Positions 44,420 to 55,957 of a DNA stretch of 64,000 nucleotides are shown one piece after another. A program made the translations under genes and the position numbers. The notes under the pieces were generated by a model. The model did no database searches and was not told the DNA's origin. It saw only the letters and a list, made by a program, of their open reading frames with translations. Every line of letters begins with the position of its first letter. Within the stretch, counting starts at the first letter, position 1. The stretch lies in assembly GCA_000165345.1 (NCBI GenBank), contig CM000433.1, positions 448,001 to 512,000 on the forward strand, in the 5' to 3' direction.

Positions 44420-45628
44420 TTATACATTTTCAATCATCTCCAAATCACGAAATTCATTGTTTTCTTTATCAAAAATCTTAATAATCAAAGATTTTCCGTC
44501 ACTTGATCTTGTATATATATTAATTGAATACTTCCCTAAGCATTTAATTATTTTATTAAATGAAATGTTCAAATAAGTAACAGAATTGCGATTAACTATC
44601 AAATTATTGCTTTTTTTATCAGTTTCAATGACAGAAACAGTATTTTTTTCAAAAAATCTTGTTCCATTTTCGTACTTTGTACATGATTCGGGGTTAATTA
44701 CCTTATTTTCCTTAGAATTTTCTTCCAAATTCTTATATTCATCCTTAATCCAAAATGTATTTGGTGGTACTATCTTAATTAGCAGATAGTATTTATCACT
44801 TTCCAATTTCCCAAAGAATCTAATTCCAAAATTAATAAATAGAGATAATCCCAACTCATTTGAAAGAAGTAAATATCTATTCAAGTGAATCATTTGATCA
44901 TTGTAAATATTGTGGGCGTTAAACAGCGTAATAAATTGCTGATCAAACTCTAAATAGTTAATAATTGGAATATTCAAGCTTGCAAGAACATTAAAGTATT
45001 TCATTTTGTCACCATACATATATTTTTCTGAATATTTATAATTACAAATGTGATCTTCACTTAATAATAAATAGTCATTATTGATGCATTGAGTAAATTC
45101 ACAAAAGTTATTAAAGTGATAAAAATTTAAGCTTGGAAGGTAATTTCCATAAATACAACTTAAATTAATACTCGAAAGTTTTTTAGGCATTATTTTTGGA
45201 GAATCTTGAAAATTTCCTAAATAAAGTTGAATTCTTGTTTCTTTTAATGCTTGCACAACCCGATTAATTTGCAATCCAGAAATTGCATCATTCACAAAAT
45301 CTCCAGATGTTCCTGCAATTGACTCCATTATTCCAAAAAAGTGGGAACTTAAATATATATTTTCTAAAGGCAATAACTTGTTTGTGTGTGTTTCATTTTT
45401 AGTCACTTGACTTGTTTTGTCCAAAAGTATATATCCATTATATTTTGAACATTCAAGAAGATCTGCTGCATCAATTGGGAATAAGGTCTTGTTACTTTTA
45501 TCATTGAATTCAATGACTTTTGTTTTATTTTCATGGTGAAATTTGGTATCATGAGCAATTCCGAACTTATTTTCTAATATAGAAAATAATAACAGAATAG
45601 CAAAATAGTACACACCCAGAAAAATCAT
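44420..45628 (-). CDS. Secreted / extracellular Cys-containing protein of 402 aa.
   Basis: ATG at 45628. It has a signal peptide 'MIFLGVYYFAILLLFSILE' and N-glycosylation sequons. I recognise no family. Confidence 0.55.
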   Translation of the reverse strand: MIFLGVYYFAILLLFSILENKFGIAHDTKFHHENKTKVIEFNDKSNKTLFPIDAADLLECSKYNGYILLDKTSQVTKNETHTNKLLPLENIYLSSHFFGIMESIAGTSGDFVNDAISGLQINRVVQALKETRIQLYLGNFQDSPKIMPKKLSSINLSCIYGNYLPSLNFYHFNNFCEFTQCINNDYLLLSEDHICNYKYSEKYMYGDKMKYFNVLASLNIPIINYLEFDQQFITLFNAHNIYNDQMIHLNRYLLLSNELGLSLFINFGIRFFGKLESDKYYLLIKIVPPNTFWIKDEYKNLEENSKENKVINPESCTKYENGTRFFEKNTVSVIETDKKSNNLIVNRNSVTYLNISFNKIIKCLGKYSINIYTRSSDGKSLIIKIFDKENNEFRDLEMIENV

Positions 45629-46012
45629 TCATTGAGTTTGAAGCAGTTTTATTTTAAGATTAAAATATGTTCCAATGTTTCTTAAAAATAGAAATCCAAT
45701 ATTCTTTTTAGGAACACTAATCTTAAAATTTATGTTACCCCAATTAGTACTCGATACTAGTGATGCGCCAATTATTTAAATTATTGAAAAAAAAAAATTC
45801 TTAAATATTACTCGCTTTAATATTATTAAGAATTGTCGATTTTGTGTGTTTAGAAATATAAACACTTTTTAATACTTGCTCTGACAATAAAAGGTAATTC
45901 TCTGGTTTTATCCTGGTCCAGTTTAACAGACTAAAAATCAATTCAATAATTAATCTTTATATATATATATATATTTTCTCCCATCGCTGATTCACTCTTA
46001 AAAGTTTTAAGT

Positions 46013-46411
46013 ATGAAAAAGTCAACAAATAGCAAGACCCCAAACTCAGAAGTTTCCAGTCCAAAGGTTCCAGCATCAAATAATATATTGGATGTATTTC
46101 AAGAAATGAAACAAGCCTATTTCTCAAAAGTTCCTGAAAATATCCAAATTTTGGATTCTTTTATATTATTTATGGCTTTAATTTCCATTATTCAAATTAT
46201 TTATTGCCTACTTATTCGAACAACTTATCCAATAGACTCTCTGATTGGCGGAGTGTTTTGCACTACTGGAACAGCTCTTTTAGTCTCTGCCCTCAGAATT
46301 CAATTAACTTGCCCTTCATATTTTGGTGACGTTTCTCCAAAAACTGCATTCACTGATTTTGTCATTTGCTGCATTGTATTCTTTATTGGATGCGCATCTG
46401 TATTAGTATAG
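46013..46411 (+). CDS. DAD1: Oligosaccharyltransferase subunit DAD1/OST2.
   Basis: ATG at 46013. 'LDSFILFMALISIIQIIYCLLIRTTYPIDSLIGGVFCTTGTALLVSALRIQLTCPSYFGDVSPKTAFTDFVICC' is collinear with DAD1 ([50 protein letters not shown]...ISPERAFADFLF). Confidence 0.9.
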   Translation: MKKSTNSKTPNSEVSSPKVPASNNILDVFQEMKQAYFSKVPENIQILDSFILFMALISIIQIIYCLLIRTTYPIDSLIGGVFCTTGTALLVSALRIQLTCPSYFGDVSPKTAFTDFVICCIVFFIGCASVLV

Positions 46412-47299
46412 TTGTTCACTAAATACTTATTGTTATTTCTTTTAATTAATTTGTCATATTAAACACCTATTAAACTAATCATTTTATCTCAAATATATTA
46501 AAAAAATTCTTTGGCCTCAATTAAGTAAAGTTCCTAGAATTAAAGAAAAAAGCAATATTTACATGAAGTTTTTTTCTTATGTGGATAGAAATTATGCAAG
46601 TTATGCACGTACCGGCATTTGCATGCAGAACTAGCAAATAAAAACCCACATAAATAATACACGTAATATGATTTTAAAAAATTATTAAAAGAAAATGAAT
46701 TAAAATTTTCATTAAATAGATAACATCTTTTTTTCTTTTTTTAAAAATTTAAATAGATAGTTTGAAGGTTTTAATTGGAAGTAATGAAAAGTAACGTATA
46801 AACCACAAAAGAACCGAATTATTCACGAAAGTTATCGAGGAGAAATTTGAATTTAATATCACACGTAAAAAAAAATCTGACTTTTGAAAACAGTAATAGC
46901 ATGAAAAAAAAATAGATCAGGTTAGTTTGGGAGAATATATTAAAAAAAAAAAAAGAAAGTTAAAGCAATTCATAGTAAGACATTAAATATAAGAAAGATT
47001 ATTAATTTCTTAAGCAAACTATCACAACCAGGCTTAATTGGAAAGTTTTTAGAGAATTATGTTGCAAAATCAAAACAAAAGACAAATTCAATGTGTATGC
47101 TAATATAGACTGATCTTTAAAATGGCGCCTTGTGGGACAATTGGATACTGGAATGCCCGCATGAATGCGTTAAATGCTAATTGTCAGTTAAGCTTCAAGA
47201 TCGGGAGGAAAGGAATTAAATCAGAAAATAGACAAATAAAGTAGTTGTAAGACTACAACTGCGAAATAATACCAGAACCTTTTGATTAGTGGTGGAAAG

Positions 47300-50200
47300 A
47301 TGGATTTGGCGAGAGATTATTTATCCCGTTTACGAAGTAAATGTGGCGAGGACACAGAACTTTATCAAGAATTTCTCAGAATAATGAGAGATTTTAAGCA
47401 TGGAAGCATTAATGCAAGAATGGTTATAGATCAGGTTGCAGAGCTATTTAAAAAAGATACAAGTTTGATAGCAGAGTTTAATAATTTCCTTCCAGAGGAA
47501 CTTAGACTTCAAATTCCTCAAAATGATTGTGAATATGCAGCAGCCTTTGTTAAAAAAGTCAAAGATATCGCACCTGCAATATATAATGATTTTCTAATGT
47601 TACTAAGTAAATATAAGGATGGAGAAAAGTCAGTTAATGAGGTTTGTGAACTATCATCTTCTCTTTTTGCATCATATCCTGATCTACTCGAGGAATTTGT
47701 ATTATTTATTCCTGAGCTTTCGGGAAAGACAGAATCTTTGATATCATCAAACAAACAGTCTACCGAAAAGAATTTATCCGATTCTCAGAATGATTATTTA
47801 GATAAATCTGAATTCTTAAGTTATTTGGCTAGCACTGTACACTCAATTTCAACAAAGAGTGAACCACCAAAGGTGGTAACAAGAAAAGCTTCATCCAACC
47901 TTCCATATGAAATGACAGTTGTTCCTGAGTTGGACAGAATATTAGAGGACCAAAAGAAGAGACTTTCAAATGCAGAGGAAGGCAGTGGAATAACTGATAA
48001 TTTAAAATCAGAAGGAGTTAATCAAGGAATAGTTAGTAATGAAAAAGGATATTCTACTCAGAAAGCTGCACCTCAAAGCTATTATTATAACCCAGAGGAT
48101 ATGTCCATTTGGGAAGCGGATTATCGAATCTTTGAAGAGGTTTACATAGCTTTTGGTGAGAACTGTCAAGATTATTATCAAGATTTTTTGAAGCTTATAC
48201 ACCTTTATACAAGAGGAGTATTAACTGTTGTAGAAACTTTATTAGCTCTTGAGTTCTTCTTCCCAATGGATAGTGGAGATCTACCTTATGAAGTGAAAAG
48301 AATGATAGTACAGAGAGAGTCAGCAAGGAGGAAATATTCGTATTTTTGCTGTAATTTTGCTCAGCTGGATTATACAAACTCTGCTAGGAATGGTAGTAGT
48401 TACCTTCATTTACCTAAAGACTATCCAATAGCGTCATGTACTGGAAGAATTAAAAGCGATCAGGAAAATTTGAATGATAAATGGGTAAGTATCCCTCAAG
48501 GATCTGAAGATTTTTCATTTAAGCATATGCGTAAAAATGTTTATGAAGAAAATCTTTTTAAATGTGAAGATGAGAGATTTGAATTGGATATGGTTATTGA
48601 AAATAATAGATCAACAATAAACGCCTTGGAACCGATAGCAGAAGAAATTAGCAAGTTGTCTCCCGAAGATAAAAAGAATTTTAAACTAGTTAAACCACCA
48701 TTTTCAATTATTCATCTCAAGGCAATTTCTAGAATTTATGGCGATAATGGGCCTGAAATATTGGAATTACTTAAAAGGACACCATATAGTTGTATCCCAG
48801 TAATTTTGAATCGACTTCGTCAAAAGGATGAGGAATGGACTCATGCAAGACATTTAATGAATCAAGGTGTATGGAGAGATATTCAAACTAAGAATTATTT
48901 TAAATCCTTTGATCATCGTTCATTCTATTTCCGACAAGTAGATAAGAAAAACACAAATGTTAAAGGGTTCCTATGCGATATTAACAAGGCTTATATGCAA
49001 AATAGAAGGATTGAAACTGAATCACATAATATTACAGAAACTAATTCTGAGAAAGTTTCAAATCAGCAAGTTGATTCTCAAAATTGTGAAAAAGATAATC
49101 AGATTAAGGAAACGGGAAATGATAAAACTAAAAATATTCCTCTTAGATTCAAAAATGAGTCCAATAGTTGGAGCGTGGACTCAGAATTTACATCTCAAAT
49201 GCCAGATTTGGAAGTTCACAAGGAAGTAATAGAACTTATTAGCTTTACAATTTATCGTCAGGCAAATGGCCCAGCAGCTGGATCCAAAGCCAGAAACTTT
49301 TTACAAAGATTTGTCCGTTCATTATTCTTACAAACTGGATATGGCTCTTTAGATAATGGATTAGTCACGTTAAAAGAGTTGCAAAGCGAAGGAACATCTT
49401 TTAAGGCAGGAGTTAGTAAAAGCATTCAAGGTGGGTCTTCTAATAGTAGTTTTAGCTCATCTTCACTTAGTGGAGCAGGTGAAAAATCTTTACTTACTGT
49501 GGAAGCTTATGTAAATGCAGTCACTGAAGGTAATGGTTCAACAGGATCCATTTCATTTAACGGTAATTCGATGTCTAGAGGAAGAAGGATGACCAGAAAT
49601 CATTTAAGGAAGTCAAATATTTCAGGTCAGATTTCTGAAAATGTCAAGGGTAAATCACAATCAGGGGATTATGCTAATGATTCAGAGGATCAGAATGCTT
49701 CAAAGATTACAGATTTGGTGGCTGGGGTTGGTGAATCTGCTTCAGTTGATGAGACAAATGGAGGCGGAAATTCTTCAAACTCAAATGGTTCAGAAAATGC
49801 TTCTTCAAATGAAGAAAATGATTTGAGTACAATATTTAAATCATTTTCTTCGACTTATGATTGCAGAGGTGGACTTAAGTATATTTGGAATGATAATTGT
49901 AAGGTAAATTGGCATAGTAATAATTTATCTCCAGATTGGTTTTATTCAAAAAAGGTACAATATAACAGCGAAGGAAGAAGAATAAGTATGGAGCCTTTGG
50001 ATATTGGCGAACTAAATACATCATCAACCTCCAATGATTCAGAAGATATGGTTAGGTATATTATGGGTAATGATCATGTTTGTTGTTTTATGAGATATTA
50101 CCAGATAATATATGAGCGTTTGAAAAAGGCAAAAAGTACTATAGAGCAACGCGAGCAGAATCCTCTTCCATTCCAAAGATGGTCTCCAAATGGTCCTGAT

Positions 50201-51574
50201 GTTCCGAGACCAACGTACAAACAAGTGATTTGGTGTTGCTTTGGACTTTTATCTGGAGAATTAGAGCTCAGTTTATTTGAAGACATTTGTAGAGATGCAA
50301 TGGGGAATGATTCATATTGGCTTGGAACAATAGACAAGGTGTTGCAGGGTATTTCGAAGGTGGTTATACATATAGTTAATGATTTAGCTACTTGTAGATT
50401 AATGGCTATGAACTTGGCATACAGAGATACAGTTTTTGATCATTATAAGAAGTTAGAGGAGTTTATAGCAGCATCTAGGTCATTACTTCCAACAATTCAA
50501 ACATCATTCTATATTATTACTTGGTCCCCTGGTAACTCTGTATTGAAAATTAGGATGAGACAGTTGGAGGATTATTCAATGACTTTTGTACCTTTTATTC
50601 AAAATGACTCGAATAATATTGAAAACTTGGATGAACAAATGAAAATTAATGACCAAAAAGGGGAGATATATTCATCTGATTCAGCGAAAGGAATACTGGA
50701 AGAAAATCAAGTGACAAATTTAAGTAATTTTAATGAATTAAATCAGGAATCTAAACCTGAAGTAGAAAAAGAAGGCATAGATAAAGTAGAAGAGGAGAAT
50801 TCAAAGACTGTTAATGAAAATCATGACGATGATCAAAATTCTAAATCGGCTAGTAGTGGCTTAAAATTATTATCTGAAATGAAGTTATTGCCTCCAGAAA
50901 AAGCATTAAAAGACTTAGGAATGGAATCAAACCAAATCGAGGTTGGACAAGCTGTAGATTTAACAAACCATGTAGAGCTTTTACAGCAGATTTTAGTTCA
51001 TCAATTAAGTAATGTTAGTGATGAGGCTATGGAATCTTCTGAAACAATAAAACTGAACCAATTTTCCGATAAAGAAAACGCTAAGATATCCAAGTTATTA
51101 TTAAATAATCCCGTTTCATTCTTTGTATGTATGGAGCAAACCTTTGTAAAACCCTTATTATATTATTCACCAAAAATGAAGTTTATCGCAAAATTGGCAG
51201 CTTCTGCTCAATGGTTAGGATTCTTACCAGATAATAGTCATAGAGATATTGCAAGATCTCCATCAATACTTCGCGAATCCACTTCGACTAATTCCATAAG
51301 AAATAATGCTAATGAGCCAAGAAAAGCGAACCGTCGTGGCTTATTATCTGCTGAAAACCAAACTCAGACAGATGATGATAAAGGACATTGGTCTGAGGAG
51401 TCAGCTGAATCAAATAGTCGAACGATGATATCTACTAATGCTGGGCGAAAAGGAACAGGAAAGAAGAGAACTAGGGGAATGCCAAGCGATATTGTTACTG
51501 AGATTGATGATCTGGATATTAGAGTAACGAGAAGAAGAGCAGGAAATGCTTCAAAAGGTGGATTCAGAAGGTAG
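47300..51574 (+). CDS. SIN3: Sin3 transcriptional co-repressor (paired amphipathic helix repeats).
   Basis: The ORF-track start at 47282 is TTG preceded by TAA, so the first ATG is 47300. PAH1 is 'ARDYLSRLRSKCGEDTELYQEFLRIMRDFKHGSINARMVIDQVAELFKKDTSLIAEFNNFLP'. PAH2 is 'AAAFVKKVKDIAPAIYNDFLMLLSKYKDG...VCELSSSLFASYPDLLEEFVLFIPE'. The long Ser/Asn-rich tail is lineage-specific. Confidence 0.8.
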   Translation: MDLARDYLSRLRSKCGEDTELYQEFLRIMRDFKHGSINARMVIDQVAELFKKDTSLIAEFNNFLPEELRLQIPQNDCEYAAAFVKKVKDIAPAIYNDFLMLLSKYKDGEKSVNEVCELSSSLFASYPDLLEEFVLFIPELSGKTESLISSNKQSTEKNLSDSQNDYLDKSEFLSYLASTVHSISTKSEPPKVVTRKASSNLPYEMTVVPELDRILEDQKKRLSNAEEGSGITDNLKSEGVNQGIVSNEKGYSTQKAAPQSYYYNPEDMSIWEADYRIFEEVYIAFGENCQDYYQDFLKLIHLYTRGVLTVVETLLALEFFFPMDSGDLPYEVKRMIVQRESARRKYSYFCCNFAQLDYTNSARNGSSYLHLPKDYPIASCTGRIKSDQENLNDKWVSIPQGSEDFSFKHMRKNVYEENLFKCEDERFELDMVIENNRSTINALEPIAEEISKLSPEDKKNFKLVKPPFSIIHLKAISRIYGDNGPEILELLKRTPYSCIPVILNRLRQKDEEWTHARHLMNQGVWRDIQTKNYFKSFDHRSFYFRQVDKKNTNVKGFLCDINKAYMQNRRIETESHNITETNSEKVSNQQVDSQNCEKDNQIKETGNDKTKNIPLRFKNESNSWSVDSEFTSQMPDLEVHKEVIELISFTIYRQANGPAAGSKARNFLQRFVRSLFLQTGYGSLDNGLVTLKELQSEGTSFKAGVSKSIQGGSSNSSFSSSSLSGAGEKSLLTVEAYVNAVTEGNGSTGSISFNGNSMSRGRRMTRNHLRKSNISGQISENVKGKSQSGDYANDSEDQNASKITDLVAGVGESASVDETNGGGNSSNSNGSENASSNEENDLSTIFKSFSSTYDCRGGLKYIWNDNCKVNWHSNNLSPDWFYSKKVQYNSEGRRISMEPLDIGELNTSSTSNDSEDMVRYIMGNDHVCCFMRYYQIIYERLKKAKSTIEQREQNPLPFQRWSPNGPDVPRPTYKQVIWCCFGLLSGELELSLFEDICRDAMGNDSYWLGTIDKVLQGISKVVIHIVNDLATCRLMAMNLAYRDTVFDHYKKLEEFIAASRSLLPTIQTSFYIITWSPGNSVLKIRMRQLEDYSMTFVPFIQNDSNNIENLDEQMKINDQKGEIYSSDSAKGILEENQVTNLSNFNELNQESKPEVEKEGIDKVEEENSKTVNENHDDDQNSKSASSGLKLLSEMKLLPPEKALKDLGMESNQIEVGQAVDLTNHVELLQQILVHQLSNVSDEAMESSETIKLNQFSDKENAKISKLLLNNPVSFFVCMEQTFVKPLLYYSPKMKFIAKLAASAQWLGFLPDNSHRDIARSPSILRESTSTNSIRNNANEPRKANRRGLLSAENQTQTDDDKGHWSEESAESNSRTMISTNAGRKGTGKKRTRGMPSDIVTEIDDLDIRVTRRRAGNASKGGFRR

Positions 51575-51683
51575 TAATTAAACTAAATTACTAAACGATA
51601 GCTTTGCTATTGGAATTGGAATAAAAGTGAAGAAGGTATCTTGAATCTGTGTTTATTATATACAAAACAACAAATACTACCAT

Positions 51684-51713
51684 TACTACTACTACTACTA
51701 CTACTACTACTAC
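51684..51713. repeat. (TAC)10 microsatellite.
   Basis: This is seen directly in the 3' flank of the Sin3 gene. Confidence 0.95.
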
Positions 51714-52123
51714 CACTGTTATTACTACTATACTACTATTAATACTATTACTACTATTATTACTAGATCAAAGTCTTGAGTTATATTTTAAAAAAAATGA
51801 AAAAAGCTGAAAATCCTAGAAAATGTCTAATAAATTATTCTCTTTGTTCATTTTCATTATACATTGATTTAGCCATATCTCAATAATATTAAATCTAATT
51901 TTCAAATATATCCAAAAGAAATATGCTCGTATTACTGCTTATTTTAGTTCCCATACGTTTTAAAGATCCATAATAAATTTCTATTTCAAATTTTTAAAAA
52001 TTTCTATCTTATAGTAATTAGTATTGCTATCCGCTCTTCAAAGTCAAACTTAGTTCTGGAGATTACTAATCAACAATAAATCTGTCATAATTAAATTATC
52101 TACTTTATACCTGCTCGTGTAAT

Positions 52124-52197
52124 GCCGCGATAGCTCAATTGGATAGAGCGTTGGACTTCTAATCCAGAGGCTCGGGGTTCGATTCCCCGTCGCGGTG
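52124..52197 (+). tRNA. tRNA-Arg (anticodon TCT).
   Basis: It has a cloverleaf. The acceptor is gccgcga/tcgcggt. The D arm is agctcaattggatagagc. The anticodon loop is ctTCTaa. The T arm is cgggg-ttcgatt-ccccg. CCA is not encoded. Confidence 0.85.
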
Positions 52198-52290
52198 CTC
52201 TTTTTTATATATATAACAAATTATGTGGTTTGGCGGGCTCCAGTTTTTTATAATTGTATAGGCAAACAGTCACTTTTGATTGTACGTGAT

Positions 52291-52364
52291 GCGGGCTTGG
52301 TGTAGTTGGATATCACGTCTGCCTACGGAGCAGAAGGTCAGGAGTTCGAGTCTCTTAGCCCGTG
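52291..52364 (+). tRNA. tRNA-Arg (anticodon ACG).
   Basis: The acceptor is gcgggct/agcccgt. The anticodon stem-loop tctgc-ctACGga-gcaga is highly similar to eukaryotic tRNA-Arg-ACG. The T arm is aggag-ttcgagt-ctctt. Confidence 0.85.
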
Positions 52365-53029
52365 TATTTTTGCAATTTAGTTTTGTTTAGTTGTACTTAT
52401 TTTATGGAATTATTATTATTATTACTTTAATTCAAGATTAATTTTTAAATAAGGCTGTTCCTATATGTAAGAATTGAAATAAATTGACCAAGGTTTTGAT
52501 TATTTCCTTTTCTTTTTAATTATAGAATTCTAATTTACATGCATGCAAAACTGCAATAAACATTATTAATGACGTGTAGAATTTTTTTTAGTACCGACAT
52601 ATAATAATAATAATTTATAATTAAACTTTTTAAGATTTAAATTTAAATTAAAAGTATAAAGATTATTTTCATGGTTCGAGCGTGAAAAGTACTTGACTTT
52701 TTGGTTATTGTAGCTTAAAAATAGCCATTGGTTGAAAAGAATTGCGAAGCTTTGTAAAAAGTTAAGTCAAGTCTTTACCGTAATTTAGTTTTCAATAATT
52801 GCCACAGTAATATTGTTGGATAAATTTGAATGAATTTTTATTTGGAATTTAATATTCAAAATATTTACCGGTAAAAAAAATACAAGTATGAGGGGAGTAA
52901 ACAAGAGGTGTTAGAATTGATGGAATTGTAAGTCTAGCATTGACATAAATTACCTATATAATTGTATTACAATCGAATAGTGAGTTTTCATTATTTTAAT
53001 GTCTAAGATCCAAGTAGCTTGCATTTTTT

Positions 53030-53872
53030 ATGTCGAGAATTGAAAAAGGTTTTAACATCTTAGCTAACTTGGGGATAATGCTGGTTGCAGGTGGAAGCAT
53101 TTTGGCGTCTAATAGTATGTATAACGTAGATGCTGGGCACAGAGCAATAAAGTTCTCAAGAATACATGGAGTTCAAAGAAGGATTTATGGAGAAGGAACC
53201 CATTTTATGCTACCTTGGATTGAAAGACCAGTGATATTTGATATCAGAGCAAGGCCCCGAGTTGTTGTATCTCTAACGGGAAGTAAAGATCTTCAAATGG
53301 TGAATATTACGTGTAGAGTTTTATCAAGGCCTGATAAAGAGAAGCTGGTGGAAATATATAGAAATATAGGGCTGGATCACGATGAGAAGATTCTTCCATC
53401 AATAATTAATGAAGTGTTAAAATCAGTAGTGGCTCAGTATAATGCTTCTCAACTACTAACTATGAGAGAAGATGTGAGCAAAACAATCCGAGATTTACTG
53501 GTAAAAAGAGCCCAAGAGTTTAATATTATTCTGGATGATGTCTCTTTAACCCATTTAAGCTTTTCCCAGGATTATGAGAAGGCTGTAGAGTCCAAGCAAG
53601 TTGCTCAACAACAAGCAGAAAGAGCGAAATATCTTGTTCTCAAGGCAAACGAAGAGAAAAAAAGTACTATTATTAAGGCTGAAGGCGAAGCAAAAGCTGC
53701 AAAACTAATTGGAGATGCAATAAATGAGAATCCTGCCTTTATTGCTCTTAAACAGGTGGAGACTTATAGAGAAATCTCTAATATTTTAGCAAAATCAACT
53801 TCCAAATCGCTTATAAATCTTTCATCATTCTTGCCAAGCCTCCCAAATAGTAATTTACAATCATCTTGTTAG
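53030..53872 (+). CDS. PHB2: Prohibitin (PHB2-like, SPFH/band-7 domain).
   Basis: ATG at 53030. Matching blocks are '[11 protein letters not shown]', '[30 protein letters not shown]', '[37 protein letters not shown]' and '[31 protein letters not shown]'. Confidence 0.9.
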   Translation: MSRIEKGFNILANLGIMLVAGGSILASNSMYNVDAGHRAIKFSRIHGVQRRIYGEGTHFMLPWIERPVIFDIRARPRVVVSLTGSKDLQMVNITCRVLSRPDKEKLVEIYRNIGLDHDEKILPSIINEVLKSVVAQYNASQLLTMREDVSKTIRDLLVKRAQEFNIILDDVSLTHLSFSQDYEKAVESKQVAQQQAERAKYLVLKANEEKKSTIIKAEGEAKAAKLIGDAINENPAFIALKQVETYREISNILAKSTSKSLINLSSFLPSLPNSNLQSSC

Positions 53873-53945
53873 AGATAAAATAATTGAAATATTGAATAAT
53901 CCGTTGATCATGTTTTATCAATTAGTCCTGTTGATTTCAATTTCC

Positions 53946-55133
53946 TCAAATGGTTTTTGAGTGAACAATATTAGGACCTTCCTCCATAAATTCTTGCTTA
54001 GAAATCCAAATGGTTTTAAATGTAGCTAAAGACCCTAAAATAGATCCTCCTATCCAAGGCAACAGGTTTCTGTCGCTAGATGCATTAATTCGGATCTTAA
54101 CATCTTTAGGAAGGGCTTTTCTAAGTTCAAAAAGAAGTCGATCTCCAAGTCCTGGAAACATAGTTGACCCTCCAGCTAATACTATTTGAGATGCAAGAGA
54201 TCTTCGTATTTCCAAATCGCACTTGTTAATTGTATGAGTCAGAACTTCATGAATCCCTGGATACTCATATCCAATTAAGCTAGGCTGGAAAAGAAGTTCC
54301 GGCGCTCTAAATCTTTCTTTGCCCAAGTAAATTACTTGACCGTCTGGAAGTTTATAAGGATAGCCCGAAGCTACTCTATTACCGGAACTTGTAACAGCAT
54401 CAAAGGTTGAATTCCCCATTTGGTTCTCATCATTTTCATCTTTCTGAATATTAGAAGAGACAAAACAAGCTGTTTCTTTAATATCTTTAACAATTTCCAT
54501 TTCAGATTTAGTATGGAATACTGTCCCTGCAATTCTAAGCTGTAAATTAAGATACTCAGTAATATTTCGACCAGCAATTTCACTTCTAGTGATTGCATTA
54601 CTTAGAGCAAAGCCTTGATATATTGGTACAGCATGAGTCACTCCATCCCCACTGTCTAAGACAACTCCGGTTGTTCTTCCTGAAGAGTAAAGTGATAAAA
54701 CTGCCTGAGTCGAGATAAATAATGCAGGCACTCTATAAACCTCAAAAAATACTTCTGCCATTTTCTCTCTATGTTTTCGTGGGTTTAAAGCTGCTTCTGT
54801 TAGTAATACTGGATGATCCTCCGATGAAGTTTTCATTTCAGAGAAACAATAGGTCCAGAGAGCTTCCATATCATACCAGTCGGTAATAATTCCATTTGTA
54901 ATTGGATGAGAAATTGACAAAATTCCTCTATTTTCTGTGCACTTACTTCCCACAAAAATATCCCCTTCTAATGCTCCTGCCATGCATCTCTTGTACTTTG
55001 GGCGTCCTACATAACTATTCACAATCACTCTTGGAGCTTCTTCTCCTGCAAATCCACACTTAATCGTGCCAGAACCGTTATCTATGATAGCCGGCTGGCT
55101 TGTGATTACATCATCATAATGTAATGTTGCCAT
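53946..55133 (-). CDS. ARP1: Actin-related protein Arp1 (centractin), a dynactin filament subunit.
   Basis: ATG at 55133. The 395-aa product is collinear with centractin: '[20 protein letters not shown]', '[27 protein letters not shown]', '[23 protein letters not shown]', '[24 protein letters not shown]' and '[27 protein letters not shown]'. Confidence 0.9.
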   Translation of the reverse strand: MATLHYDDVITSQPAIIDNGSGTIKCGFAGEEAPRVIVNSYVGRPKYKRCMAGALEGDIFVGSKCTENRGILSISHPITNGIITDWYDMEALWTYCFSEMKTSSEDHPVLLTEAALNPRKHREKMAEVFFEVYRVPALFISTQAVLSLYSSGRTTGVVLDSGDGVTHAVPIYQGFALSNAITRSEIAGRNITEYLNLQLRIAGTVFHTKSEMEIVKDIKETACFVSSNIQKDENDENQMGNSTFDAVTSSGNRVASGYPYKLPDGQVIYLGKERFRAPELLFQPSLIGYEYPGIHEVLTHTINKCDLEIRRSLASQIVLAGGSTMFPGLGDRLLFELRKALPKDVKIRINASSDRNLLPWIGGSILGSLATFKTIWISKQEFMEEGPNIVHSKTI

Positions 55134-55584
55134 TATTCCAAGTATTTAAAGTTAACTTTTTTAGTGTTTGAGGATGATTACTATTTCATGCATATAATCA
55201 TACATGAATTAATTAATCAAAGCTTTTAAATTTAATTTCAGGGCTATTTACAGTTTCATTCAAATTTGGCTTGCTCAATTTTATGAATGTCTAAATCCTA
55301 TTTCTGAGTATTTACTTCCAAGACTTTTTTTTTTTAATAGGGTTTCAAATAGAGTAATAAATAATTGTATTTAATCAAAATTCTTATACTGAAAAAAATT
55401 CCTAAATTAATGCAAGGTTTACTTTGTCAATTCCTTCTGCATATAGTATTTTTCAAGTATTAAGAATAAACATCCAAATAATTCCGAAATAACTATCTTA
55501 TGAAGAAATGAATAATAAAAATTAGCGAAGCAATTTTTTGAACTATTTTTTATTACATGCGCAAAATTATAATGAACCCCACAC

Positions 55585-55603
55585 GGCGCGCGTTGACACG
55601 TGT
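55585..55603. promoter_or_regulatory. GC-rich island GGCGCGCG-TTG-ACACGTGT, an alternating CG run plus a palindromic CACGTG core, in the Arp1 / SET-like divergent promoter.
   Basis: This is seen in the sequence. It is one of the very few GC-rich stretches in intergenic DNA in this window. Confidence 0.3.
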
Positions 55604-55957
55604 AATTACAAAATTTTTTATTTTAAAAACTTGCAACGCCGGTATAGGAAGGAAATAAATGTGGAAATAAAGTAAATTAAAATTTTCTTTTTTTTTTTTT
55701 TTTTTTTTTAATTTATTAAAAACAAAATAAATAAATAATTAATTATAGTAAATTTATTTTTTAATAAATTAACTACGAGGGCAAGACATTTCAAAGGAAA
55801 TAAATCCTCGTTTCTATAATTTTCAACACATACAAAGAAATTCTGGAGAATAATTTAACACCAAATTTAAAGTAAAATGGATTTATGAGAATTTGTTCAT
55901 GCTCTTAGAATAAAAGGTAACATTAGATGATTTTAAAGTTATATTAATGGAGTTATA

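Noticed and set aside
44354-44422. Attempt to join the 44420..45628 and 43724..44353 ORFs through an intron.
   Set aside because: No GT...AG pair removes the TAA while restoring frame. I keep them as two features and flag the question.
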